DNA of 64,000 nucleotides from Dicyema japonicum (Eukaryota > Animalia > Dicyemida). The stretch covers positions 843,232 to 907,231 of the forward strand of contig RDEW01000006.1 of NCBI GenBank assembly GCA_011109175.1, in the 5' to 3' direction. The position numbers were made by a program, and so were the translations under genes. Below, in pieces: positions 52,101-64,000 of this stretch. Below the pieces are notes generated by a model, which saw nothing but the letters and a program-made list of their open reading frames with translations, was not told the DNA's origin and made no database searches. The stretch's first letter is position 1, and each line of letters opens with the position of its first letter.

Positions 52101-54407
52101 CTTCTGGAAAGGAGTCCTCTCCAAAGTCCTCAGAATTCTTGATCCGTAAAATCTGAGTTCGTGTTTGTTCAAATCCCAAAAAATCGAAGATACCAAGAAA
52201 CGGGCATTCAAAGTTACGGAACGATGGATTACTGAAAAGAGCCCTCTTCAACGCCTCTGGAATTCCTAATCTATAAGATCCTTGGTGCGTGCCTTTGCAT
52301 CCGCTTCTACCCTATACTAACTGCGTGGGCTAGAGGAAAGAAACATCGAGGTAAGATGTGGTTTTGCTGGAGTATGTAAAGAGCCATTTCTTTGGCCACC
52401 GTGGTCTTGGATTTCAATTTCATTTTATTAAAAACTGTCCTGAAAATGATAGCGTAATTAATTTTCTCTATGGTAGAAGTACTTCCGGAAATGACGCGGG
52501 TCTTCCAGAAAAAAACATTTGTCTTTCATAAACAAAACTATTGAGTTCCAAGAGAAAATTGATTCAGACAATTTCCCTTTGAGAGCTACCTTACAGTCGT
52601 GTTCAGAACTAATTTTGTAAAATCTTCATCATTTACTTTACATAATTATCGAAAAGACCATTTTGAAGTCAATGAGATTTTATATAATTGACAACATCAA
52701 TAACCACGGAAAAGAAATAACAAGACGACCTCCCAAATTAAATGTTGTAGGTGAATGACACATAATTATTTCTGCAGCACTCATAATTAGTGTTTCTCGA
52801 ATATTACGATAATTCTCGGACTTGGCAATAAGTTTACATATTTTGTATAATTTGATTAAACCTAGTTAGAATCTGAAATTACCTAGATTCTGTTTTTGTC
52901 GAGTTTCAACAAACATTAGAAAAAGTTTTTGCCTTTGTATACATTTTTATAAAAAAAACTCCAAAGGTTTATCCTTTTTAGCTTTATGTGCACTATCTAA
53001 TGAATTTGAGTTTGATTGGCCTCATGCTTTCATTCGTTAATGTACGATGGCATATTTATTAATTTTCATCACTTTTTTATTTAAAATCTTTTTTTCTGTG
53101 ATTCCCAAAAGGGAATACTGGCTTTTTTTGTGCATGGCTGCTCTAGAGGGCATAACAACAAAGCATGTTGTCTACTTGTGTACAAATAGTCTTATAAATC
53201 CATGTATTGACCGTAGAGGAGGCGCACTGAATGAACACAAACTTCCCGCAGTAGGGAAGTTTGTTCGGAGGCAGACGTCCCAGAAGCTTATTGATTCCGA
53301 GGCTTTTTTGACATTAATAAAAATTTAGTGATGGATCGTTTTGAGACGCAAAAACGGCCATGTAAATGTTATGCCAGGATTTTCCTAAATATGAGTTTCT
53401 GTCCTGTTGCTTGCAAGAGAATAAAATCAGGCAGCAACCCATTTAATACAAGTGAATACGACTTCCTCCTATTCGATTCATTCACTATGGACTTGGTTTA
53501 CAAAAGATGTGAACACAACGTGGAAGGTAAACTATAAAATTTCTGTAATGCAATTACTGGATAGAGTTAACTAAACTTTTATATCTATGCAAAAAAACTT
53601 ACAACAAAGGGGTTGAGAAGATTGGTGGATCTGCAACAGGGCGAAACGAGAAGAATACTAATGGCTATTATTTCTCAATATGCCTTAATAAGTCCAGCTC
53701 TTTTTAATTTATTTCTACGTTATATCCCGTATTCTAAGGAAAACAATTATTTGTGCGCGGATGACTTTATCATTGGAAGCCGTAGTAGCTCCACACACGA
53801 GGCTGTGACTAAACTGCGGACTTTCTTTTGAATCCCCTGTTGGCATCAAACCGACTGTCAAATCTTTATATACGATTTTCTCCTCCAAAGATTGAAGAAA
53901 GCTTAGATGTTATCCTATATGGAAAGTCTATTCCGCAAAATTGGAACCATAAATAGTGGGAGTAACGTTTAATCCATTGTCCTCCTTCCCCCATCTAACT
54001 TAATTACATAAAAGACTATTCCTTTCAAATTACGAGTAAACTCACTCGAGTAGCCACGAAGATCTGACTCGTTCATACGCGCAAAAATCTGACTCCCAAA
54101 TCAATTCGGAAATTCCAGCATCCAGGTCCTCATCCCACCGGAAGTCTCCACATCGAGCAGAGCAAACATCACTCCACCGGGTAAGTCAGCATACTTTTGA
54201 AATTTATGCTTTCATATCATTCTGAACAAAGATGGATTCAATGACGCCTCTTAGAAACTGAAGAAGGCAAAGGGACCCTTCGGCCAAGTATACCATGGAC
54301 CATGGAATGGAACCCACAGTTAACTACGAGGGACAGCAATAACCACTACCATATTTGATCACTTCCGACAAACTAGCCACCTGATCATATTATGCCAAAA
54401 CTTATTT

Positions 54408-55640
54408 TTATTTAAATAAAAAATTAGTATTGTTAATAATAATTATTTTTAGTAATTCAGACATCATTAATTTGTATATTTTGTTATAAAGATATTTGAG
54501 ATATCTTAATAAGTCCTCTTCAGTTATAGTCTTATTTACCATGTTATTTTTTTTAACTGCTTTTGTGTAAGCAACTAATGGAGGAATGATTGCTATGGTC
54601 AGCCTTCTTTTAATCAATGAAAGGGTTTCTTGGTTGATTAGTTCTTCGTCTGATTGAGAAGAATTTACTAAAACAGATTTCGAAGTATCACTAGAATTAG
54701 CTAATTTATACTTTTTGTCGCTTTCATCCCAAAGTTTCATGTTGTTTAGTGCTTGAATTGCCCTTTCCAAGTCTTCCAATGAAGCCTTGTATTTGTCCTT
54801 GCTTAGAATTTTCTTTTCCACTGCTTTTATGGTATTTCTAAGTTGTTCTTTCCTTAAGTTCATTTCTGAATATTTAACGATAGACTTCCTTATTGGGTTC
54901 TTATCGATATTATAAGGCAAATAATCACTGTCCGTTTCATTCGAGTTAACACTCAACATTGGACAAAATTGGGGAGGGATTTCAGAATTCTTCTTTCGAG
55001 ATATACTCTTACAGTCGGATGAAAAGGACCCACTATTCTTGGATGAAAAGGATCCACTAAAAGATTTGACAGATAAGTGAGACTCAGAAAATAACCCACT
55101 CAGTCCAGAATCACGCTTGTACTCTTCGTTCTTGCTTTTGTCGTCATCTTCATTTTCAAGATTTGGGAATTGCATGTCGGAAACATTGGCTAATTTTCCC
55201 TTCAATTTTATATTATTTTACTGATGATATGTTTGAATTTAATACTTTCCTCCACAAATAAATATTTTTCAAATTGATGTACTTTTTCTCATCAAGAAGC
55301 AAATCCCGATCCACTTTCTTTTTCTCCAATTCGATTTTTTCTTTGGTACGCGATAGCTCTATTTTGTATTTTTTGTTTATAGTGGACAGTTCATTGTGAG
55401 AATTTTTCTTCGATCTACAAAAATCGGTAAATTAAAAATTACAGTCTGCTCATTTAACAATTTATCGTGTTTGACTTTTTATCTGATAATTTCATTTTTT
55501 AAAGTGCGCAATTATTCCATTTTTGTTAAACTTTGTCCTGCAAAATCAATGACGTTATTCGGATCAGTTGGTTAAGTTTCTTCTAACAAATCAAATTTTT
55601 GCTGTTTTGCAGAGACGAGGAGGAAATTCTTTCGATTTTT
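54408..55640 (-). CDS. Lineage-specific Ser/Lys-rich coiled-coil protein or pseudogene
   Basis: 265-aa open frame plus an upstream K/E-rich frame with candidate micro-introns (~55221-55245, ~55415-55442). No recognisable domain. Confidence 0.4.
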
Positions 55641-56576
55641 TCAACTTGCAGAGAATTCGACCTTCAAAAATTAAAATAGACTGATTTGACAAATTTCTAG
55701 CTTTATTGCAACCTAATTGGATTCGATTATTCGATCAGCTGCTGACGATCTGAATCATGTATCCTTATCTACTTAGACTCTGTTTAAATCTCGACCAGTA
55801 AGTGAGTCCCGTAACCCTGTCATCTACTCAGAAACTTTCTCCTCTACAAAGAAGAGGAACACTCTCAAGGGAAACCGATCCCATTATGATGGATAGACTA
55901 CAAAACAAAATACTGCTCTCATAAATCTAGTAAAGTCTGGGACCTAGATTTCATTGTTTCTTGATCCTAAACAGTTTGTCGCACTCGAATATAATACCTG
56001 CCTGAATCCCGGTAAATGTTCCCCCACCTCTTATTGTCAGATAGTCATGTTGATTATCCCCTTTATGGAGAAACCTCAGACGTGTAAAATTATTCCAGAC
56101 TTTCGTGGTTTCAGCGAAATTTCAAATCTAAGGATTCAAATACAAAATACTTGACCTTTGTGAGTTACTTTATTACTGATGGATTTAATCCTTCCAGAAG
56201 ACACTAAGGAAGTGTGTTGCTTGCATTGAACATCTAGAAGGCTTTTGATTTAATTCCAAATAACTAAGAAAATCTATGTCACCGGAATTGGAATGTCAAC
56301 TTTTTCACTTGACCAAGATACCAAGTTTGGGTTAGTTCTACAAGTTTTTTCCAAAAGGCGTCCCCCACTACTTATCATCTCTTATAAGAACAGTTCCATG
56401 ATTAGAAAATCCTTCCGCTGAATTGAGTTCCAGCATGTAAAGAACGTTCTGGAAAGTGGTTTGAAGATACTCAATCTTGTAAATGGATTTTTTCGTCCTA
56501 TTATCAACCGTAGCAGGAATGCTTGAATGCCCATGTGAGTCGTGGACATTTGGTCAATCTGACTCAAACTAGAGGA

Positions 56577-56755
56577 AACTCAACTTTCTCAGGAACAGAA
56601 TGATTTTCATAACTGACCACCAAGAAGAAATTCTTTCTCCCAATGACTCAGTCGAAAAAGCGGAACTCAACTTTCTCAGGAACAGAATGATTTTCATAAC
56701 TGACCACCAAGAAGAAATTCTTTCTCCCAATGACTCAGAGTTAGAAAAAGCGGAC
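56577..56755 (+). repeat. 87-bp tandem duplication, 2 near-identical copies
   Basis: aactcaactttctcaggaacagaatgattttcataactgaccaccaagaagaaattc... starts at 56577 and 56664. Confidence 0.9.
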
Positions 56756-58069
56756 CCAGTTTTGTAGAGTCTGTAGCGGCCAAAGTGGTTGATTCCATTA
56801 GTCAGTAGTACGTCAGAAGAGTCTCCGAAATATAGTAAAATTACCAAATAGAGATCTTATTTTAAAAGAAGGTCAAACTAAGAGTAGAACTTTGTGGGAT
56901 TTTGAATTTGTGAGATTCAAATAAATTTTGTTGGGGAAAAGTCTCATTGAAACTAAAATGTATCTGTCATTCATACACTCTGATTAGTCGGAGATCTACC
57001 AGTTCGGTAGCTATCTTGGAGGAACACGATTGGTTGATCAGACCCGGTAGCATTGATGTTTTCATTTTCACGGAAATTAAATAGGACAGGATAATGACTT
57101 CCTTTTATATATTTCAAAGTTTCTGACGACTCTTGTCGACCGGATATACTCGATTTGGTGAGATTATTATCTCCTATATGAAAGTTAGAAGTCAGATTAT
57201 GTTGATCCAATTTGTCTCTGTTACCTACTCTGGCACACATCATAGGTCTTCTATCCCGAATTGGATTGAAACACGAACAGCATACGTTCAGCATTTCTAG
57301 GTTTCGGTAAATTTACATACTGAAGACATTATTGTTAGTAGAATATTCCAAAATTAATAATCCAACTAAGAATTCTCTTGTCCCCCATCAAGGCAGACGA
57401 TACTTGTCTCAATTTCTTCAAATCCTGGACCACATGAGAACATTGGTATTCCTTTGTTCCAAAACTTTGTGTGTGCGATGTCTCAAGTCAATCATTTTCT
57501 CACGGAAATGAGGAACTAGAAGTTATACTGATATCAAGTAGATAAAAACACTATTCGGGATAGAGGTACGTCACCACCTCCTTGAATAACCGAACCTTAT
57601 TGGAGATCTAAGTTTTGAAATAGCTATTCACTGACCTTCATTTTATTTTATTTATTAATAAATTAAATAGGCCGAGAAGTCAAAACTAGTAAAGTAAATG
57701 GTCCTATCTGAGGAATTTCCGATTGTTCTGCTCGCGGTTGAAACGATCGGTTCCCTTGTGCCTGCGACGCTGGAATTCCGGATTCGTCTAAGAAATCGAA
57801 TTTTTACACGAACAGGAAATCTCTATGAACACTACTGGCTATTTAAGCGAATCTATCCATCATGAGAGGGAATAGCCACGCAGTCAGAGCGACCGTTGTA
57901 TGTCTCTCGTCTGACTGTTTTTTTATTTTATTAAATAAATAATAGAGTATTCAAAAAATAAATCTTTAAAGAATTATGATTGCATAGCTAATTTCTAAAG
58001 GGCTATCGGCATTCATTTACCCCCAGTCCCTTCAAGAGAAAGAAACCGGTGGCTAACAAGAATATACCA

Positions 58070-60290
58070 ATGACGGATGAGATCAGAAAGGTTGATCTCA
58101 TCCTGAAGGGAAACAAAATATGGGCCAGGACACGAGAATGGATGTCCGCAATTTTGACGTCTCCTGTATAAAATCTCTATTAAATTTGTTAGCCCAAAAT
58201 ATCGACATATTTATAATTTGCATTTTTTCGTTATAAAAAATTAGGACGCAGTTTAATTGCCTTGACTCGTCAATTTTTTGCTTTAATGACAGAGAATCCA
58301 ATTAATCTAAGGTCGAACCATTTTAGCTCAGATTTTGAATATATTTCCATTTCTTCGGTAATTTAATATTCAATATAAAGACAAGTTCAGCCAAATCTGA
58401 CTTCGAAAAAATGGAAAATGAATCAGAGAAATCAGACCACACGTCTATAGATCAGGAAAATGAATCAGAGAAATCAGACCACACGTCTATAGATCAGGAA
58501 ATTGGATCCGAGAAATCAGACCACACGTCTATAGATCAGGAAAGTGAATCCGAGAAATCAGACCACACGTCTATATATCAGGAAATTGGATCGATGAAAT
58601 CAGACCATATGTTTATAGATCAGGAAAGTGAATCAGAGAATTCAGACCACATGTCTATAGAGCAGGAAATTGAATCCGTGAAACCAGACCACGTGCATAT
58701 AGATCAGGAAATTGACTCCGTGAAACCAGACCACGTGTCTATGATCTGTCCAGAATTTAAGGAAATGCTCCAGTCTTTAGGTACCCCGAATATATCATTG
58801 TAGTTCGATTTAACAAGATCATTTATCCATCTTGGCGTGCAGGAGAGAAAGTTTACTACATTTCAGAAGAATTGAGAGGTCTTAAGAAGGAATTATTTTA
58901 GTGAACAAATTGTCTTTAGACGATGTGATCAAGCATTGCAAGATGTACGACAAAGATGACCTAATTAGCCTAGAAGCATTAAATAAGATTGTCATTTCCT
59001 TGTTCGCCTACATTCCAAAAGAAACTAATGCGGCCACTTCCGAGACAACGTTCACAAACAAGTTAATGAACTGGCTGCAACTCATCTGCGAAAAGTTATA
59101 GTTTTAAGCGTTCATAATAGTGATGGGAGTAAATTTAAGTTTAAATCAGTCATTCTAAATTTTTCCTTCCTGTGTGGGGGTTCAATGTTCATAAAATTAA
59201 CAGGTACGCTTGTCCTATGAAATTCAAGAAATTGACACGGTCACAGTAAAACAACTAGGCTTTAACAGACAAAATTTCTCAGAGTTGGGAAGGCATTTAT
59301 TGAAAATTATGGAGTTTATCGGCGAATCTGCCTACTTCAACAAGGCCTTACTCGATAAAACGGAAAAAAAGTTGTTTGGCACAGTATTTTGAAACCTAAT
59401 TGTCTAGAAAAACTTTGTGAAAGATCAAATTTTCGAAAATTGGAGCAAGAAAAATGACGGACTAATCTCATGGCTGATGGTCAAGTCCAAACTGAGCAAT
59501 GCCCAACTGAACAAAACTATTTCAATGAAAAATGCCGGATTTGTAAAAAGTCTCCGATCACTCACATAAAGTTTCCACTCGTGTTACTTCCATAGGTTTG
59601 TTTGCCTTTGTTGCATGAAGCTAGCGATGTGCAAGGAATGCTTCTACTACAAAGAAAAGTGGAAATCCCACTCTCAGAGCCACAAAGTGAGGGCCTACAC
59701 CCAACTAGTTCATTATTGCTCATTATAAAGTCAAATTCCAATGAAAAAGTGACTAATATCCCCAAATTAATCAAAAACAACATAAAATACAAGAAAAGGA
59801 AGCATCAATTCAAATTCAAGGAAGAGTACCTGTTTTATATAATTAGTCACACACTGCCTATGTACTTTGAAAACGTGATAAACACATACAACTCAACTCT
59901 AAATGAGTACGACATGACAGATAAATACAAGATCAAGCAAGACACAGGCTATTTCACGGTAAGGTGTATGCCTGAGCAATTAGGATCATGAAACTCAACC
60001 AAAGTCAGACAACACAGTTACAGAAAGACACGTTCTGTCTGAAATTAATGGTCTCAACGTATAAATATAGGCTTAGGTGAGTTGAAGGACTTTGAACCTC
60101 CGAGTGACAAAGAATACAAACTTCTTTGGATTGGGTTTGCAGAAGGGGATAAACTTGAGAATAACATAGAAAATCTCGAAAATTTGTACAATCAGGTTGA
60201 TAACAAAATGATTTTGACAGAACGATTTTGAATGTGAAATCGATCCATTCACTGCTATCTCGCTTACTTTGGGTCACAATTTATCATGCT
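58070..60290 (+). pseudogene. Degenerate long ORF of unknown family with acidic repeats and a RING-like Cys/His cluster
   Basis: Successive + strand ORFs. Across one frameshift: CRICKKSPITHIKFP/CYFHRFVCLCCMKLAMCKEC (59533-59641). Confidence 0.4.
58414..58742 (+). repeat. 42-bp coding tandem repeat, ~8 copies
   Basis: gaaaatgaatcagagaaatcagaccacacgtctatagatcag unit encoding ENESEKSDHTSIDQ, diverging toward the 3' end. Confidence 0.95.
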
Positions 60291-61419
60291 TGATTGATAG
60301 CATGGCTTAAATTTTAGATTTATTAACACTGGATTATTATGGGGTTTTAATAAAATATATTTTTGAATATTTTGTTAAATTAGCTCAGCGATTGGAAAAC
60401 CTTCTGAGGATTTGTAAGGAAATGCGCTCAAAAGCCAGCTCTTTTCTCTCTTATCCGTTTCCATAAGCGATCCAATGCGGTTAAGCAGGGTCAGTGATCT
60501 GCTTCCAACGAATCCTAATGTTTCGACGCCGACTGGTTCAAAAATGAACTGTCAACCGAGTTAACTGATTAAAATAAAAAAATTAAATTAAAATTATTCC
60601 AAAGACCAAGAGTAACCAAACTAACTTACTCCCTGATCCTGACTCATTCCAGTGTTCCAGAACTAGTCTCCAGATAACGAAACTGTCCCCCAGGGAAAAA
60701 ATAGTTGGATCCTTTTGATGTCGGCCAGGCATTGGACGTCTTCCCAGTAGAGTGGATCAAACAAAGCCATCGGAAAAAAGGAAAATGAATTTTTGACCAA
60801 CTAGCCACATAGCCACACGACTGAAGCAATCTTGATGAAAAATGTTATTTTTAATTAGTTGACCTGATAATTATCGATTTGTTGTTTTGGATTACTTCCG
60901 CTGTCAAATAGACGTAGTCACTTGGGAGTTGTTTCCGGTGCACAAGACTCCAGTGTTATAAAGCTTTTAACTAGGCGACGTACATCTTTAGGAAGTTTGT
61001 CGCAATGTAAGCTATCGTTTAAGAAACAAACTGTTTAGTCGATTTTTCGGAAGGTTGAGGTAGTGACCTGCCTCACCCTGGTTATCGTTTGACTCAACTT
61101 AGAACTATGAGATCATCTATCAGAAGTGACCTTTCTCTTTTTAGAAGACTTCCTATCAATAACGACAATAGTCAATCAACTACTACATTTGAACAATCAA
61201 TAACGACACATTGGCAATCAATAACGACAGAAAAAAATTAATTTTTGCAACAATACTAGTTAAACACAAAAAATTATTCATTCATTGATAATTTCACCAT
61301 TAACTGCACTCACAATACAGTAAAGTTCCTTAAATTGGCCCAAAATTGTTCCTGAACTATTTTTGGCCAATTTGGGAATTTGTAAAAATTTTATTTAAGA
61401 ATAAAATATTATTTATTAA

Positions 61420-64000
61420 CTATGGGGGAGAGCGGCTGCTGACAATACGGAGTAAGCGTTTCCGCGGACAACTGCGATCCCAATTCGCTGCCTCAGCCGG
61501 ACCGCTTCCCGCATGTCTTTCTTACGGTGGGCCAATTTCTCCAGATTTCCTTTGGGAAAGAGGCTGTAATACTTCCAGCCGCACCAGACGTCTCGATTAC
61601 GACCGGTACAAAACGGTAGCGGTCTCCAATTTCGCCATATTTTTAATCTTGATTTTCTCGGCCAGATCGGCTGCCGATCCAGCAGACTGTGCCGAGCTGA
61701 GTATCATCGAGTTTGAAAGAATCCACAACAGTGCAGTCCCATACAAGCGATTTTCCCTCAGTAAACGGAAAGATAGTTAACCCATCCGGTCGTTTCTCGT
61801 CTCCGTGGTCCAATCCCACGGCTCCAGTACTGCCGGGAAGCCTGAAGCTTCAAGAGCACGCATGGAATTGTTGTTCATAGCAGTATGGTGGGGTGCTCTG
61901 CCCGCACTCCTTTATCACGAGAGCGGATGCAGCCCTTTGGCATTGACGATCCCTCCACAACGACATTGATGTTCGACGCAAACATCAACTCCCAGGCGTT
62001 GTGCGATCCCAATCCGAATACAGTCATCGTCCAAAAAGGTCCCCAGGGAGGAACACGGGAGTGCATCCAGCCACGCTCCGCTCTCATGGTTGGCGGCGGA
62101 CACAAGGCATGCAAGACGATGCTGGTTGGTTTCAGACTTTATCACGTCGAAGATATTCTTGGAGTAGATCTCATCCCAGTCACGTTGCCTCAAAGGATCG
62201 TTCGGCGTATCCAAACCAGTTTCACACCATTCGCGACGAGCTTCGTCGAACACTTTTTCCCAAGAAAGTTCGGTTGGAAGACGTAGGATATCTTGGATCA
62301 AAAGGCTTCCACTAGAGAGCGATGACACATATGCTGGAAAGGCGATCTCCAGCGCCGACCTGAGATCCGTTCCTCCGAGGCGTGTAGGAAGCTTGCATTG
62401 GTTCCAACTCGGCACATCAAAGTGGATGTTTAGAAACAATTCAGCTGATTTTCTCAATGTCCTATCCAGTGACAGGAGGATGTCACGATGTTTGAAGCAA
62501 GGAGAACAACGGAGAGCATATAGGAGTTTGGGCAAGCCGATGTTATTCATCAAAAGGAAGAACGCTGTATGGACATCGAGTAAGGAGAGTTTCTCCGTAG
62601 CTCTAGAGAGTCATTCTTTTGTTAATAGATGGCTCCGCAGTTCTTTTTCGTCAAGTGAGCACCCAAGAAAAAATATCCGCTCCTTAAGTAAGACAGTAAT
62701 TCCAGGTAATACAGAGTTGAAAGACTCGACCACGTTAATAAAATCACTCTCAGAGTATGTGATGTTTATTATCTCCGATTTTTTTATATTTATCTCAAGT
62801 TTGAGGTTTCGTAATGCCGACACAGCCTGTGACAGAACGTCATGAACTTTACTCCACGGCCCTTCAATCGTAGCGTCATTAAGATACCAGAGGTTTAGTT
62901 CTGAGTTGATAGAGCGGACAATTTTATCGATGGCCAGAGCGAAGAAAAGTGGACCAAGTGGGTCCCCTTGTTGGACTCCAGTCTCCGAACAAATAATCTT
63001 GTCCCCGAAAACCAGTGAAGAGTTGGTTCCGTATGCGAGGTAGATGAGTGGAATAAGTTCCGGGGCTCGTTTGCTTGTAGTTTCGAAAATTTGATCCCTC
63101 CTAGGTGAATTGAAGGCATTGCAGATGTCCAACTTGACCCCAATGTGTGGGTTTTGTTCGTCTTTCTGTCCAAAAAACACCTCGCATCCGTTCCTTACAC
63201 CAACCCCCAGTTGGAAAGGGGATAATTCTTCAGATATTCTCGGACAGACAATACTGCATGCGATTTTCGCTGTCAGTCCTCTGAAATAGTTGCCGACTGC
63301 AATGGGGCGACCCCACCTTCGGGTTTTTTGAAGGCCAGTAGATGATGTGCACTGAAAAGAAGCTCCCTTGCGTGAGGAGGAATATCTCCGTTCAAAATAC
63401 GCATAACCAGTTTTGTAATTGATTTGACATGGTTGCAGCTAGCTTCTTCGGTAGCCCCGCCGTAAGATCCTTGATGTGACCTGGCGCAAGCTATCGATTC
63501 TCCACTGCTACTCGCCGCAAACGACGAAATGCCGCACTTCGCCTTCGGTGACGGTCGTCCTTGACAAATTTCCCGGAAGCACGAATGGACGGTAATTTCC
63601 AGAGGGACATGGATGTTTTCATCTGAGTAGTTCAAGCACCTCAGGCGTCGCATCCATGACAGAATCGTCGTTGGCAACGACGCTCAACGCCGCTCGGACG
63701 TCGCCTTCAAATAGTTTACGATTTACTCTCTCCAAGTTTGTCCGGAGGATTGAAATCAGGATGTTTTGGTTTCATGACTTGACTTGTAGCTGCGGGGATC
63801 CGGACGGGTCTTGGGATCGGGATCTTCCTGGCTTTCCTTAGATCCGACAAGAAGAGCAAGAGGTTGTCCATATCGTTGAGGTCTAGAAGTTCATTCGGTT
63901 AGACGTGCTCGTTTGGAATGATCCTCTGGGTTTTTCGATCTGCAGTTCCACAGGCAGAGCGAGCATGCAGCCCCCTGAGACATCTTTATGCATCCTTGGT
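61420..64000 (-). mobile_element. CRE-clade non-LTR retrotransposon (RT + CCHC + restriction-like endonuclease), extends beyond the window
   Basis: FKKPEGG.RPIA; KLDICNAFNS; GVQQGDPLGPLFFAL; WYLND; LPTRLGG; SGAWLDALPCSSLGT; CRCGG..H; RPDG..LVWDCTV; RIGIAVVRGN. Few frameshifts. Confidence 0.92.

Noticed and set aside
53207-53310. 11-13-bp hairpin followed by a T run, resembling a Pol III ncRNA or ribozyme
   Set aside because: No tRNA/snRNA/ribozyme fold could be completed, and part of the sequence is shared with a decayed repeat at ~34590-34650 on the minus strand.
58414-58742. Regular repeat as a CRISPR-like array
   Set aside because: No unique spacers; it is an in-frame coding tandem repeat in a eukaryotic context.
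61054-61080. TGAGGTAGT (let-7-like) in a hairpin
   Set aside because: Only 9 nt match and the hairpin is far too short for a pre-miRNA.

Overview
Eukaryotic, AT-rich window, most likely from a highly reduced parasitic animal. The evidence is a metazoan-type MRPS26, PIEZO, and introns of only ~21-28 nt. A dicyemid- or myxozoan-like genome is an inference, not proven. Small islands of compact host genes (TIM9, MRPS26, BTAF1/Mot1, PIEZO, an orphan SLC35A last exon, a few hypothetical genes) sit in a patchwork of decayed, internally deleted transposons. These include RTE, Ingi/Vingi-like, Jockey/I-like and CRE-like non-LTR elements, Tc1/IS630, pogo and Ginger-like DNA transposons, and Penelope-like remnants. 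The ORF track is fragmentary because genes are cut every ~150 nt by micro-introns. I traced ~75 introns by hand. Most notable: four of them cannot be read as GT-AG as assembled (two 23-nt GT..TG, one 24-nt GG..AG, and a 3.09-kb GA..AG intron of three transposon remnants, two of them nested, inside the BTAF1 ATPase domain). This points to a possibly length-guided micro-intron splicing system tolerant of splice-site changes. Caveat: the assembly also shows single-base indel errors. Also seen: transposases carrying host-style micro-introns, a 2A/StopGo motif fused to a LINE endonuclease, and a hammerhead-like motif.
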